From Peribolospora baueri (taxonomy: Eukaryota), in NCBI GenBank assembly GCA_029717555.1, contig JAMDHS010000092.1:1-64000 (forward strand): 64,000 nt of DNA, read 5' to 3'. Both the position numbers and the translations under genes were made by a program. A model generated the notes under the pieces. The model had not been told where the DNA came from. It made no database searches and was given only the letters and a program-made list of their open reading frames with translations. Positions 50,414 to 61,325 of this stretch are shown here, piece by piece. Each line of letters starts with the position of its first letter. The stretch's first letter is position 1.

Positions 50414-50923
50414 CGAACGAGGGTCTGGGTGTGGGAGAGCGTGAAGACCGAGAAGTTAGTCTTGTATTCCACGGCACGAGATGAGAACGCGCTGTGTGCT
50501 TTGTGACTTAGGCCAGGTCGGACGGGCGTGCCGTCGTAGCTGGTTATCACTTGTAGCTACTTCCGCACGTCGATCCGACGATCGCCCAGGAGAATGTGCT
50601 CGCGGACGATCTCTCGCCAGATCACAAAGGAAAAAAGCTTCCTTTCACCCGTCCGTGCTCCCTGTCGTGCACGTATCTTGCTGCGGTACCGCCGTTTACG
50701 CGGCGCGGCGAGTCGCGCGTCTGCAAGGGAAGGCACGCGCGCAGGACATGACCGAGCTGGTCGCATTCTTCCTCCTTCCTCCTTGACCCAACGTCTACCA
50801 TCACCATCACCATCCCCACCACCACCATAGTCACACAACACCCCGCACAGGGCCATATCTCACGTCCTTCTTGAACGACCGCCTACACTCGTGCCCTTGG
50901 CGATCCTCTCGTTCTCACCGACC

Positions 50924-51874
50924 ATGTCTTCCCAAGGGTGAGCGGATATGAAGTGATCGGGTTCGATAGTGATCATCTCATCCGTCCGGCGTCGCCTCCC
51001 TCTAATCCTTACGGCGACATCTAGCACTCACAAAGCTAACTGGATGTTTTTTTTGCACCTCATCTTTGTCCTTGCACTTGCTCACTATTGTTTCGATCAT
51101 TCACCGGCATTTCCCCTCGCCCCGCCTACCTTTCAGTCAACCCCCCGCGACCGAGGCCACCGATCCTCAGACTGTCGCCGCCACCGCGACGTCCAGGACT
51201 GAAGAGGCGTCCGCGGCCGCACCGGCGGTCTTTGACAAGGGAAAGGGGAAGGAGGCTGTGCCTCAGCCACGTGAGTTTGTGGATGAGTTACCGTTTCCCG
51301 CCAGCAAATGTCCAGAGCAGGACCTTCATGGGGGAAGGGGCCGCACCGACGGCAGAGACAGAGCGCCCTCCAGGTTTGCAACGCGTTGACTTGCTCTCGT
51401 TTCCTGCTTTCTCATTCTCAGGCCCCGAAGAGGAAGAGGACGAGGATGATGAGGACGACGACGACGACGATGCGATGGACGAAGACGAGGACGAGGAAGA
51501 GGATGAGGTAAGGCTTCCATAGACCTTCGTAATGACCATCATCTTTTGGACTTAGTCTCAACACATTGCTTCTCGCTCCACCGCGGTATGGTCTGCATTT
51601 CGCAGGACCTTGGTAAGCATTCGCCTCATTCACCTTCGCACATGGCAGAGAGAATCTTTCCTGATCTTGTTCTCCCCGTTCTCCCCTCCCATGGCATCCA
51701 ACAGCCGACGAGCTGGAAGGTTTGGACCAGACTGAAGTCATCACTGGTGGCCGTCGCACGCGCGGCCGCTCCAAGGTCGACTACACTAGTGCCGAAGCAC
51801 AGAAGAAAGCTGGCCTGCAGGAGGAGGGAGAGGAGGATGAAGAAGACGAGTTCCATGGCGAGGAGGAGGAGTGA
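50924..51874 (+). CDS. CHZ1: Acidic histone H2A.Z chaperone-like protein (CHZ domain), 5 exons including a 7-nt microexon
   Basis: DKGKGK, D/E-rich tract, then ELEGLDQTEVITGGRRTRGRSKVDY, which matches the CHZ motif. Confidence 0.75.
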
Positions 51875-52354
51875 CTGGTTAAGGGAGGGAAGCTTGACAC
51901 GGCTCCGCTTCGCTAGCATCCATCATGCTGGCAACTGGCCTCGCATCTAATCCATCATAGCATACGCGCTCTCCATGGCGAGCACAAGAAAGGGCGCATG
52001 TAGCCTACCAATCATGGTTTCGGCATTTCAGCGTTCGTTCGCACGTGCCACTTTGGCGAGTCGGAGAGTTCAGCTGGCGCGCTTGCTCCCGACGTCGGTG
52101 TTGCCATCGTCTTCTATAACAGGGCCTACACTGTCCACATCATGCACGGCCTATGGCGACATGAGACCTGAGACCTCCATGTCGCCCCTCTTTAAAGTCA
52201 CAGCTAACTCCTCGGACCCACGATCAGAAGTGCAGCAACGCCCGGAAGACGTGCTACATGGAAACCAGCAACGTGCGGTGCCTTGCTCAACTCAACGGCC
52301 GTTCCATAGTGATCTAGCTATTATAGCTTGATCTTGGCCCTGGAAGCAGAATAG

Positions 52355-52610
52355 GTGGGCTCAGCAAGCGGGGACGAGCAGGAAGACGAACCAACCGTTC
52401 CGGAAAAGTCCGTGCGCTCGACCTCAGAGCTTCGGAGATGAATGCAAGTAATGCTCGCGGTAGATGCCGACGTGGGCCAGTAAGCGGGGACGAGCAAGAA
52501 GACGAACCAATCACTCCGAAACAGTCTGCCCCTTGAGCTCGCTCGACCTCAGAGCTTTGGAGATAGATGAATGCAAGCCATGGTCGCGGCAGATGTAGAC
52601 GTGGGCAGTC
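52355..52610. repeat. Diverged tandem duplication (~120-130-bp units) upstream of citrate synthase
   Basis: AAGCGGGGACGAGCA(G/A)GAAGACGAACCAA...CGCTCGACCTCAGAGCTT...GATGAATGCAAG...GACGTGGGC occurs twice. Confidence 0.85.
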
Positions 52611-52936
52611 GTCCATTCCTCTCCAATCTCCTCGCCACTATTCACCGTGAAAACGCTCCTTGCTCTCCCACTAGGTCTCAGAAAAGAGAGGATTAAGTCT
52701 CGTCCTCGACACCTTTGACGCCCCGGTCTTGTCCGCCTTGCCTCCGGAGGGCTCCGCTTCTGTGCCTGATCAGGATCCGAGTTAACTCACCCCCATCCCC
52801 AAGATATAAATGCCCAAGCCAAGAAGTCCCCCACCTTCTTCGCCCCCGGACGCATTCCCGCTTGCTCTCCTTCAAGTCTCCCTCTCTCTCTTCCCGTCTC
52901 TAGCAAGTACATACTTCTCAGGGTAGACACGGCGAC

Positions 52937-55919
52937 ATGGGTAACCCTGTTAAGGCCGACGCCGGCAGCGTCCGACACCCCGATCAGTCTCTGACCGTTA
53001 TCGGTGAGCGCCGAGCGCCGGCTTCGGAGACGCTACTTACGGCTCGCCTTTCGCTCCCGTTATCTCACTCTCCTCCTTTCTCTCCCCACAACCTTTCTTT
53101 TCCTACGAAAGATAATCGCACTGGAAAGACTTACACAGTTCCCATCTCCCAGAACGCGGTGACCGCTACCGCCTTCAAGGCCATCAGTGCGCCCCGGAAT
53201 GTTGTGCCCGGGAAGCCTGACAGGGAGGAGGACGAATCGGAGAACGGATTGCGCGTACTCGATCCCGGCTTTATGGTGAGCGCAGGCCGTCCGATGTTGC
53301 CTTCCAGGTGCCAGTTGCGGGGCCTTGTCTTGACGTCGTCGTCGCCGCCCTTCCCAGAATACGGCCGTCGTTAGCTCCAGCATCACCCACATTCAAGGCG
53401 ACGCCGGGTGAGCCTTTTCCATCCATCCCTTGCGACTTGAGTCAACCTTTGTTTGACGGCATGTGCTTCTTGAAATTTTTTGATCTCTCTCTTCTCTTTT
53501 CTGATCTCCACACTTTTGACCCTCAGTGTCCTTCGCTACCGCGGAATCCCCATCGAGCAGCTCGCCGAAAAGTCTAGCTTCCTCGAAGTCTCCTACCTCC
53601 TCCTCTATGGCGAGCTCCCCAGTCGCAGCCAATATGAGAACTTTGAGCATGAGGTCATGCATCACACCTGTAAGCGATGAGAACGAAAGCGTCAATGTGA
53701 CGCGTCATGGATCAGCTACTCTCCATCGCCGATCTTTGCGCACATGCTGACCTCTGCCTCCATCTGCTTCGGCTACCGATGTAGACGTGCATTCCGACCT
53801 CGAAGGCCTCTTCTCCTCCTTCCGCTACGATTCGCACCCTAGTGAGCACCGAGCACCGCTACCCCCACCTTCACTTCCCAGCTTTATTCGGTCCCTAACC
53901 AGTTCTTCCTACTCTCCAAACTTTTCCTTGTGACATCCCCTCAGTGTCCGTTCTCACTTCGGCCTTCGCAGCCCTGGGCGCATTTGCCCCTGAAGCGAAC
54001 CCTTCCCTAGTTGGACAGAATCTGTACACGAAGCCGACGAACATGGACAGTTTGGCCACGATGGATAAACAGATTTTTCGGTTGTTGGGGAAGGCTCCGA
54101 CTGTGAGTTCTGCACCTTGTTCCCACTTTGTTTGGAGGTCTCCTATGGTGACTAGGCATCCTAACCGGGTTTTCCGCCTTCGCTGCGCATGCCAGCTCGC
54201 CGCAATGGCCTACCGCGTCCGTCAGGGAAGGCCATTCAACCGTCCCCCTCATGGGTGAGCCCGTGCGCGTTCCCTCCGATCAGGAACGATCACTTCACGT
54301 GCAAAATAACCCATGGTCTTCTCCTTTTTACATCTCTCCCAGGCTTTCTTACACCGGCACGTTCCTTTACCTATTGGACCACCTCAACGAAACCAACTAT
54401 GCGCCTAACCCGGTGCTGGAAAAGGCGCTCGACGTGCTCTTCGTAATCCACGCCGACCACAGCCTCTGCTGCAGTACCGCCGCCGTTCTGCAGTGCGGGT
54501 CCTCGCTCGTAGACCCTTACAGCGCCGTCGCCGCCGGGTGCGCCGCGCTGTACGGGCCGCTGCATGGTGGTGCTTGCGAAGCAGTGGTCAGGCAATTGGA
54601 CGCGATCGGGTCGCCCGAGAAGGTGCCGGAGTTTATCGAGAGGGTCAAGAGGAAGGAGGTCGTCCTTAGCGGCTTCGGCCATCGGTGAGCGAACCGCTTA
54701 CCTTTCAGATGCAGCGTCAAGGCACCTTGGCCCGACGGCTCCAAGCTTGCCGTCGTCTGGACGTGGACCACGCACATACGAATCACTCACAGCTCCTTTC
54801 GTTATGTCTTCCTCTATACAGTGTGTACAAGACCAGCGACCCGCGCAGCTTCGTGATTCGAAAGATCGCTCAAGAAGTGTGAGCACGAGTCTGTCGAAGA
54901 TTCTCCAAAGTCGGCGACGCGCCCTGCTGACGAAACTTTTCCTTGTCTCGCTCTGCTCACTTCTACTTTGTTTGCTTATTCGTTTTATTTCATTTTTGCA
55001 GCTTCGCCGTCACTGGTACTAGCAAACTGCTCGAAACGGCCATCAAGCTGCACGACATGGCTTTGCAGGATGTGAGTCCGGGATGCGGCTTGGCGGAGAG
55101 CGGTCATTTACTGAATGGAGTTTGACATCTCTATTCCTTCTCCAACCGGACGGCTCCTGCTTTCCAGGACTATTTCAAGCAGCGCAACTTGTATCCCAAC
55201 GTCGAGTGAGTATACATGACAGTGACGCGTATGCGTATTCTTCGGCGCAGTTGACCTTTATTTCGGCTAACCCTCGCCGCAACAGCTTCTGGTCTGGACT
55301 CGTCTACCGTCAGATGGGCTTCCCGCTCGACTTCGTGAGTCCCGTTATCGCCATTGCTTCGGCGGATGTATGGGTCTCGGTTTGACGAGGACGAGCACTG
55401 ACCATCGTGTCGTGTCTTATTCGTCCTCTCTAGTTCCCTGTACTCTTTGCCGTTCCTCGCGTCGCCGGTTGGCTCGCTCACTGGAGGCAGCTGATGCTTA
55501 CCGGCAACGTCAAGATCTGGTGAGTCATACATATCTCGTTAGATCCAGCCTCTGCTTCGAAATCTTCGTTTCTGACGTACTCGCGCACGACATCGCTCGC
55601 ATCCGTCCCCTTCCTACTGAAGGCGTCCCCGCCAGGTGTACACAGGCTATGGAAAGAGGGATTACGTGCCGATGTCCCGTCGCAAGGACGATCCCGACAC
55701 GGACGCGAAGAACGTCAACGGTCAGCCCGTGCCCGTCTCCCACGACGGCGCATCCAGGGTGAGTGACGTTGTTCGACATCTCCCGCCGTTTCAGTGTCTG
55801 TTGCTCGTCGCGCTTTCTGATCTTCTGACCTCTGCTGTGATGGATGGACCGGTCCCGGATCACAGCGGTCCGCGCTCGCCACGTATCGTGAGAAGACTCA
55901 AGTACGCTCCAAACTTTGA
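52937..55919 (+). CDS. Peroxisomal (bacterial-like) citrate synthase family protein with C-terminal SKL, multi-exon
   Basis: [69 protein letters not shown]. The last exon ends VRSKL*. Confidence 0.9.
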
Positions 55920-56161
55920 TGCCATGAACTCTCCTTCGATACGTCGCTTGGGGGTTGATAGGCTCTCATTCGATATTCTTGGCAGAAAAGGCCAGTACAT
56001 ACCATGTATGAGATATCACGTGCTTCCCCGCACGATATGATATCATCAGGTCTCAGAATTATGAAACGAAATACAATTCCCGGAAGGTTGTAACGAAGTT
56101 GTTTCCACCAACATGGCGCAGAGATGGAAGGCGATGACAATGAGAAGCGCTTGACGGAGCT

Positions 56162-58470
56162 CTAATCGCGGAGTTTCAGCCCAGTTAAATCGATGACAAG
56201 GTCTTCGTCCGAGCCTTCTCCCTCGACACGCGCCGCTGTCGATTGAGGCTTGAGCGCCTCCGTACCCTCCTTACGCTCCTTCCACCGCTGAGCCAGAATC
56301 TTCATGACCGTAGCATTCGTGCTCCCCACCGGCGCGCTCTTCCTCACCTCCGCAAAGTGCCCCTTCACAAAGTTCTGATATGAACTAGCCTCTCGCGTCG
56401 GCTTGGACTTTGCGGCATCGAAGGCCATCTCTTCTCCTGACCGCCCTGGCGTAGGAGAGCCGCCTTCTCCGCTCGGAAGAACCTCCAGCCGACCCTTGCA
56501 TTCCCCACAGGCGTGCTTGGAAATGTCGATGCTGTTCGAATGTCGGCCGTACACCTTGGAGCACGACTTGCACCGCCAGCGGAACTTGTACGCGATCTCG
56601 TACGAATGCTTCGTCGTAACTGTGATGTCTGGGTGGCGGGCGTGGACGAGGCGCCCCCTTGTGGATGACAAGGAGATTGGAGCGGGGACAACGACGGGGT
56701 TGACGTCCATGAGCACATTAGAAAAGGAGCCAAACCAAGTCACACTGGACGTATAGCGTGCTCACCATCTCTTAAAGTTCGTCCCATGTGGATGCTTCAG
56801 GTCGCCATCGATGACCCACGTTGCAAGGTGACACAGCTCGTGTGCGAGCGTGTTCCTTAGCTTGTCTGTAAGCAGACCCCAAGACGCAAGGTCGTCAGCG
56901 ACCGCTTTCCACCAAACCGAACAGAACCCTGCAAGGCTCAGCAATGCTGCTGCCGAGGTGACGGATATGTCGCTCACCATCGTCGTCGATCACTTTCCTA
57001 CTGAGCTCCACCTTGGCCTCGTGCCTCATCTCCGTCCCGCCTCTGCCTCCCTTTCCCGTCTCTCTTCGCTTTCTCCAGCTAGCCCGTCCGGCTGTACTCC
57101 TAAGAGTGTTGCTCCACACGATCTCGAGTCCCGACGGTAAGCGTCCGTCAAAAACATCTTCGTTCAGCTCTTGGACGAGGGTCAAAGCGAGCGCGGCGAG
57201 GTGGCGTTGGCGCGCGGCCGCCGAGAGTGTCGCAAAAGGCTTTGCTGCGCCCGCGCTCTTCTTCGCCGTTTGAGGCGGCGCAGGGTTGGAACAGACCTTG
57301 GGCTGCGTGGGACGGAGAGGCGTGGAAGGAAAGTCTTTGCGGGAGCGGGCAGCTTCCTGAGGCGTGAGGAAAGGCTGCACGTCCACGGGTGAAGGACTCG
57401 GTGTCCTCGCCCTTTGCGCCTCCTCCCTGCGACGCGGGTGCGGTGTCCGAATCTCGGGCGAGTTGGCGCGGGCGCACGTTCGAGACGCTGTGACTTGGCG
57501 GCGACCAGACATCTTCTTGGCCGGTATGGCCGGTCGTACGTCTGCAACATCCGAATCCGAGTCCAGGTTGATTGGCTTCTGCCGAGTCCCAAGCCGATCG
57601 GAATCGTCATGGTCCTCACCATCCTCATCAGTGTCGGTAGGCAGATCTGATGATGAATAGAAGCTCAGAGAAGCGTCGTCCGGGACGATGAAAGAATCGT
57701 CCAAGTCCTCTTCTTCGTCAAAATCGAATTCGTCCTCAGAGCCTCCTCTTACACTGGCCTCGTCGTCAATCATTCCAGATTTCGAGCGTTGATTTGAGAG
57801 AACGCTGGATCTTAGCTCCTCTTCGTCGTCGTCATCCAAGATTCGCAAGACGTTCCGTCGTCCACGTCGGCTGCTGTGAGCCGGAATGACGTCCTCCTCG
57901 TCGTAATCGTCGGGAATAGAAAGGGTTTGGGCCTTCGGCAAACTTGACGCTTCTGGCACCTTGCTCCTGGAATCGCTGTTCCAGAAGGAGAATGATGGTC
58001 AGGGCGAGACCTACGTAGGCAATGGGGAGCGAGCGAACGGACCAAAAGAGAACACCCTCTCACCTTTCAATGTCGTGCGGCAGATGAAGAGAGGGCATAC
58101 AGGGAGAACTATCCTTCCTGCTCGATGACGGCAGGAGCAATTCCACCGCGTCCGCCTCCGCCTCACTCTCACTTCGGTCATCATCAGACTTGTTCGGCCT
58201 GCCGTTCCGAATCTGGATGTCCTGCGAGTCCTCCTCTACCACCTCTTGAACTACGAACGCGGCCTTTGCAGGCCTGAATCTCGATGCTGGCTTGGGCTCC
58301 ATGTTCGCCGACCTTCTTTCCTTGCCCTTCTCGTCCTCAATCCTGGCCGGATCTGTCCGAGCTCGAAGCGAAGCGCTGGCGGTGGAGGAAGAGAGGACCA
58401 CCGAGTCGAACAGCGCTTTTAGTTCTGGAAGACTCTCCGCATCTGAGATGTCTGAGACACTGCGAGGCAT
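56162..58470 (-). CDS. SprT-like metalloprotease with acidic disordered N-terminus, Zn ribbon and HMG-like box (GCNA/ACRC-like)
   Basis: LNEDVFDGRLP..IVWS..LRSTAGRA, TLAHELCH (HExxH), PHG..FKRW, CKSC...CGEC, YQNFVK...VMKILAQRWK. Confidence 0.85.
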
Positions 58471-59126
58471 CCTGCTCGTGAAGGTGGGGGAGGGAAGAAT
58501 CAATACTGTCGAATGCGCGGACGCCAATGTGGGTGTCATTCTGGACATGAACATGATCGAACCGACATCATCTCGGTCGCGCTCAGCGCGTGCCTTGGCT
58601 CGACATCACGTGCCGAAAGACAACTCCAGTCGGACAAAGCCTTGACGACCTGCTAGCTTCTTAATCCGAGCTCCATGCCCCTATAACCACCCATCCGCAG
58701 TACTTGTTACGGCAAAGTCGTGTGAGGTTGCCACTCCAAGTTTACATGGCCGGCTCACACTGCTGAGACTCGATTGCGCTAGTGCCACGTTGGTTGGTGA
58801 CCAATGGGAAAGAGTGCGTTTTTAGGGCATGGATAGAGGCTGCATGCTATGTCACACGATGGAAACACAGAACATAGGAATGGGCACATGAAGGAGCTCG
58901 CCTCGCCGTCTAGCCCAAAACGACGGACGAAGCCCAACAACGGAAACCGCGAGTCCGAGCGTACACGGCATCGTGATGTAAGATTGGCGCACAAAGGCGC
59001 ACAAGGGTGGAAGGAAGGGATGACGCCGGAAACCGACGCGCAGGGGATGGGAGGTAGGAAGAGGGTGACAATGATGACAGAGAACGTGACCCAGACGTGA
59101 AGAGAGAAGAAACGACGTCACGACGT

Positions 59127-60065
59127 TTACTTCTGCTCCGTCTCCTGCTCGACGGCGATGATCGCAGCCCTACAAGAAGCAAGACGAATACCGGAAAAGA
59201 TTGAACAGACGCAATCAACGTGACAAGGGCCAATAGCTGCCGACTCACCTCTTCTCCGCAACTCGAGCGGCCCTCCTCTCCCTCTGGGACTTGTTCCGGA
59301 GCCTGCGAGCCTCCATCTGGTCCGCGAGCATCTTGGTGCGGAGCTTCTCCGCCTTGGCCTTGTGGATGTGCTCCATGAGAACACGCTTGTTCTTGAAGAC
59401 GTTACCCTTCGACTTCATGTACAGCTCGTGGTAGCTGATAGACGGAGAAACAAAAGTCAGCATATCAGCGGCCAGCTGCCGACAAACCCTGCAGTCCATC
59501 ATCATCTCGTCGAAACCGATCCTCCTTTCCGTCCGCACATCCTATCCCTCGCACAGGTTCCATCGATTCGAGAACCCACACTATATCCGCACCCTGCTCC
59601 GTCCTCCACACCGCAGTCTGACCATTTCTGATCCCGGCACCTCCACCCATCCCATCACCGACTCCTCGTTGCTCACCACCCTTATGCCGCACACGCAGCT
59701 CCTACTACTCACAGGTGCTTGTCAATCTTGCCGGACTCCCTGTACTTCCTGAGAAGCCGGCGAAGGACGCGCTGGCGGCGCATCCACACAACCTTGGTGG
59801 GCATACGGGCCTCGGCGGTACCCCTGCGCTTACCGGTACCGGTGTGACGGCCCTTGCGCTTGGCGGCGTGGAGCTCGCGAGTGCGAGCGCGAGAGTGGCC
59901 GACGGCGGGCTTGCGGATGATCTGGCCATCCTTGATGAGCTTGCGGATGTTGGCGCGCGAGTTGGCCGAGGAGATGTCGCTCTGCTCAGCAGGGTCCAGC
60001 CACACCTTGCGCTTGCCGCAATCCAGCACCGAGGCGGCCAGACGCTTCTGAGTACGAAGATTCAT
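59127..60065 (-). CDS. RPL19: 60S ribosomal protein L19 (eL19), 3 exons
   Basis: [58 protein letters not shown]. Confidence 0.97.
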
Positions 60066-60379
60066 TTTTGGTGGTCTTGCTGCGTTGGCTGACTGGACGA
60101 CGAGTCTTGACGAATGGTGCGGACGGGCGAGGAAAGGCGGCGACCGGACTCGATGGGCGGGAGGAAGCGACGGCGTGCGCAAGCTCGCTGCGGCGCACTC
60201 GCGTCCGGCGCTGATCCAATGGCACATCGACGTGCCAGAGCTGTATAGTCACGCCGATAAGCGGACCTGAGCGGAACATTCCCGCACAGACCACCTCCGA
60301 TCGCCGGCATGACTGACGCAATCACGAGCGCCAGCCAGCTATCATCGCCAATGTCTTGCTCTTACTCTTCTTTCTCACC

Positions 60380-60904
60380 ATGCCAGGCCTAACTCCCGCC
60401 GCACCGGGCGCAGGTGGCCCATCACCCCCATTGCTCGACGATCCATCTCACATACCCTCCCTTCTTCCGCGCATAGCACACCTCTTCTCCCTCATCGGCG
60501 CCGCTTCCGCAGCATCTTCCTCGTCCTCAGTCGCCCCATCCTCTGCCTCGGCCGCAGGCGCAGGCGAAAGTACGACTCCTCTAACGGCCTCCACTGGTTC
60601 TGGACTCTCTTCCGAGCGAAGAACAGAGCTTGTGCGGGCTGCGGATGGTCTTCGAGGAGCGTTCGAAAGGGCCAGAGCGGCCGTTGAGGGCATGGAGGGC
60701 GGGGACATGAGCGTGGAAGAGCAGGAGAAGTTGATCAGCGTGCTAGAGGATATGAAGGTGCGCAAACGGTGAGTGACGACCTTGGTTGTGTTAACGGCAT
60801 CAGGGCGTAATCTTACTTCTGGCTTTTCGCTGTTCGTTCTGGCAAACCTCAGTGATGTTCTGGCCGAGCTGGCTTCTGCCTCTCTTGGCTCATCGACGTC
60901 TTGA
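60380..60904 (+). CDS. MED9: Mediator subunit 9-like protein, 2 exons
   Basis: LLPRIAHL...LRGAFERARAAVEGMEGGDMSVEEQEKLISVLE fits the Med9 pattern; GTGAGT...CTCAG intron. Confidence 0.65.
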
Positions 60905-61325
60905 GCCGCCTTGTAGAGGGACCAATTTCTGTGGCCTTGTGTCACCACCGCAAGAGACACCGTTCAACATTGTACCATTGGCGAACGCATGATATACCTC
61001 TTTCATGCCTCCTCTCATACCCATTTGAAATCAGCACTCAGCAGTACTCAGTTCGTCCAAGTGTAACACTAGTAGCAGTTGTATGTCAGTGGTTCATTGA
61101 ATTTAGGCTCGAGCAGCTCTTGTTCTGGGTCGGGTGCAGATTCGACGACGAAGTTTTGTCCTGGACGCAGCCGACGTGTGCATACACTATAGCTCTGTCA
61201 GGTTTCTGTACGTATAAGTCACGGCGCGTGTGTAAACCGGTAGCAGGCACCACAATAACAGTTGACAAGGAAGCATTGCATTCCACAAAGCCTCAAACGA
61301 GACGGACCAGCGCATCCGTCGCCAC

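Noticed and set aside
59436..59712. snoRNA in the long RPL19 intron
   Set aside because: No convincing C/D box pair with terminal stem or H/ACA structure was seen by eye.
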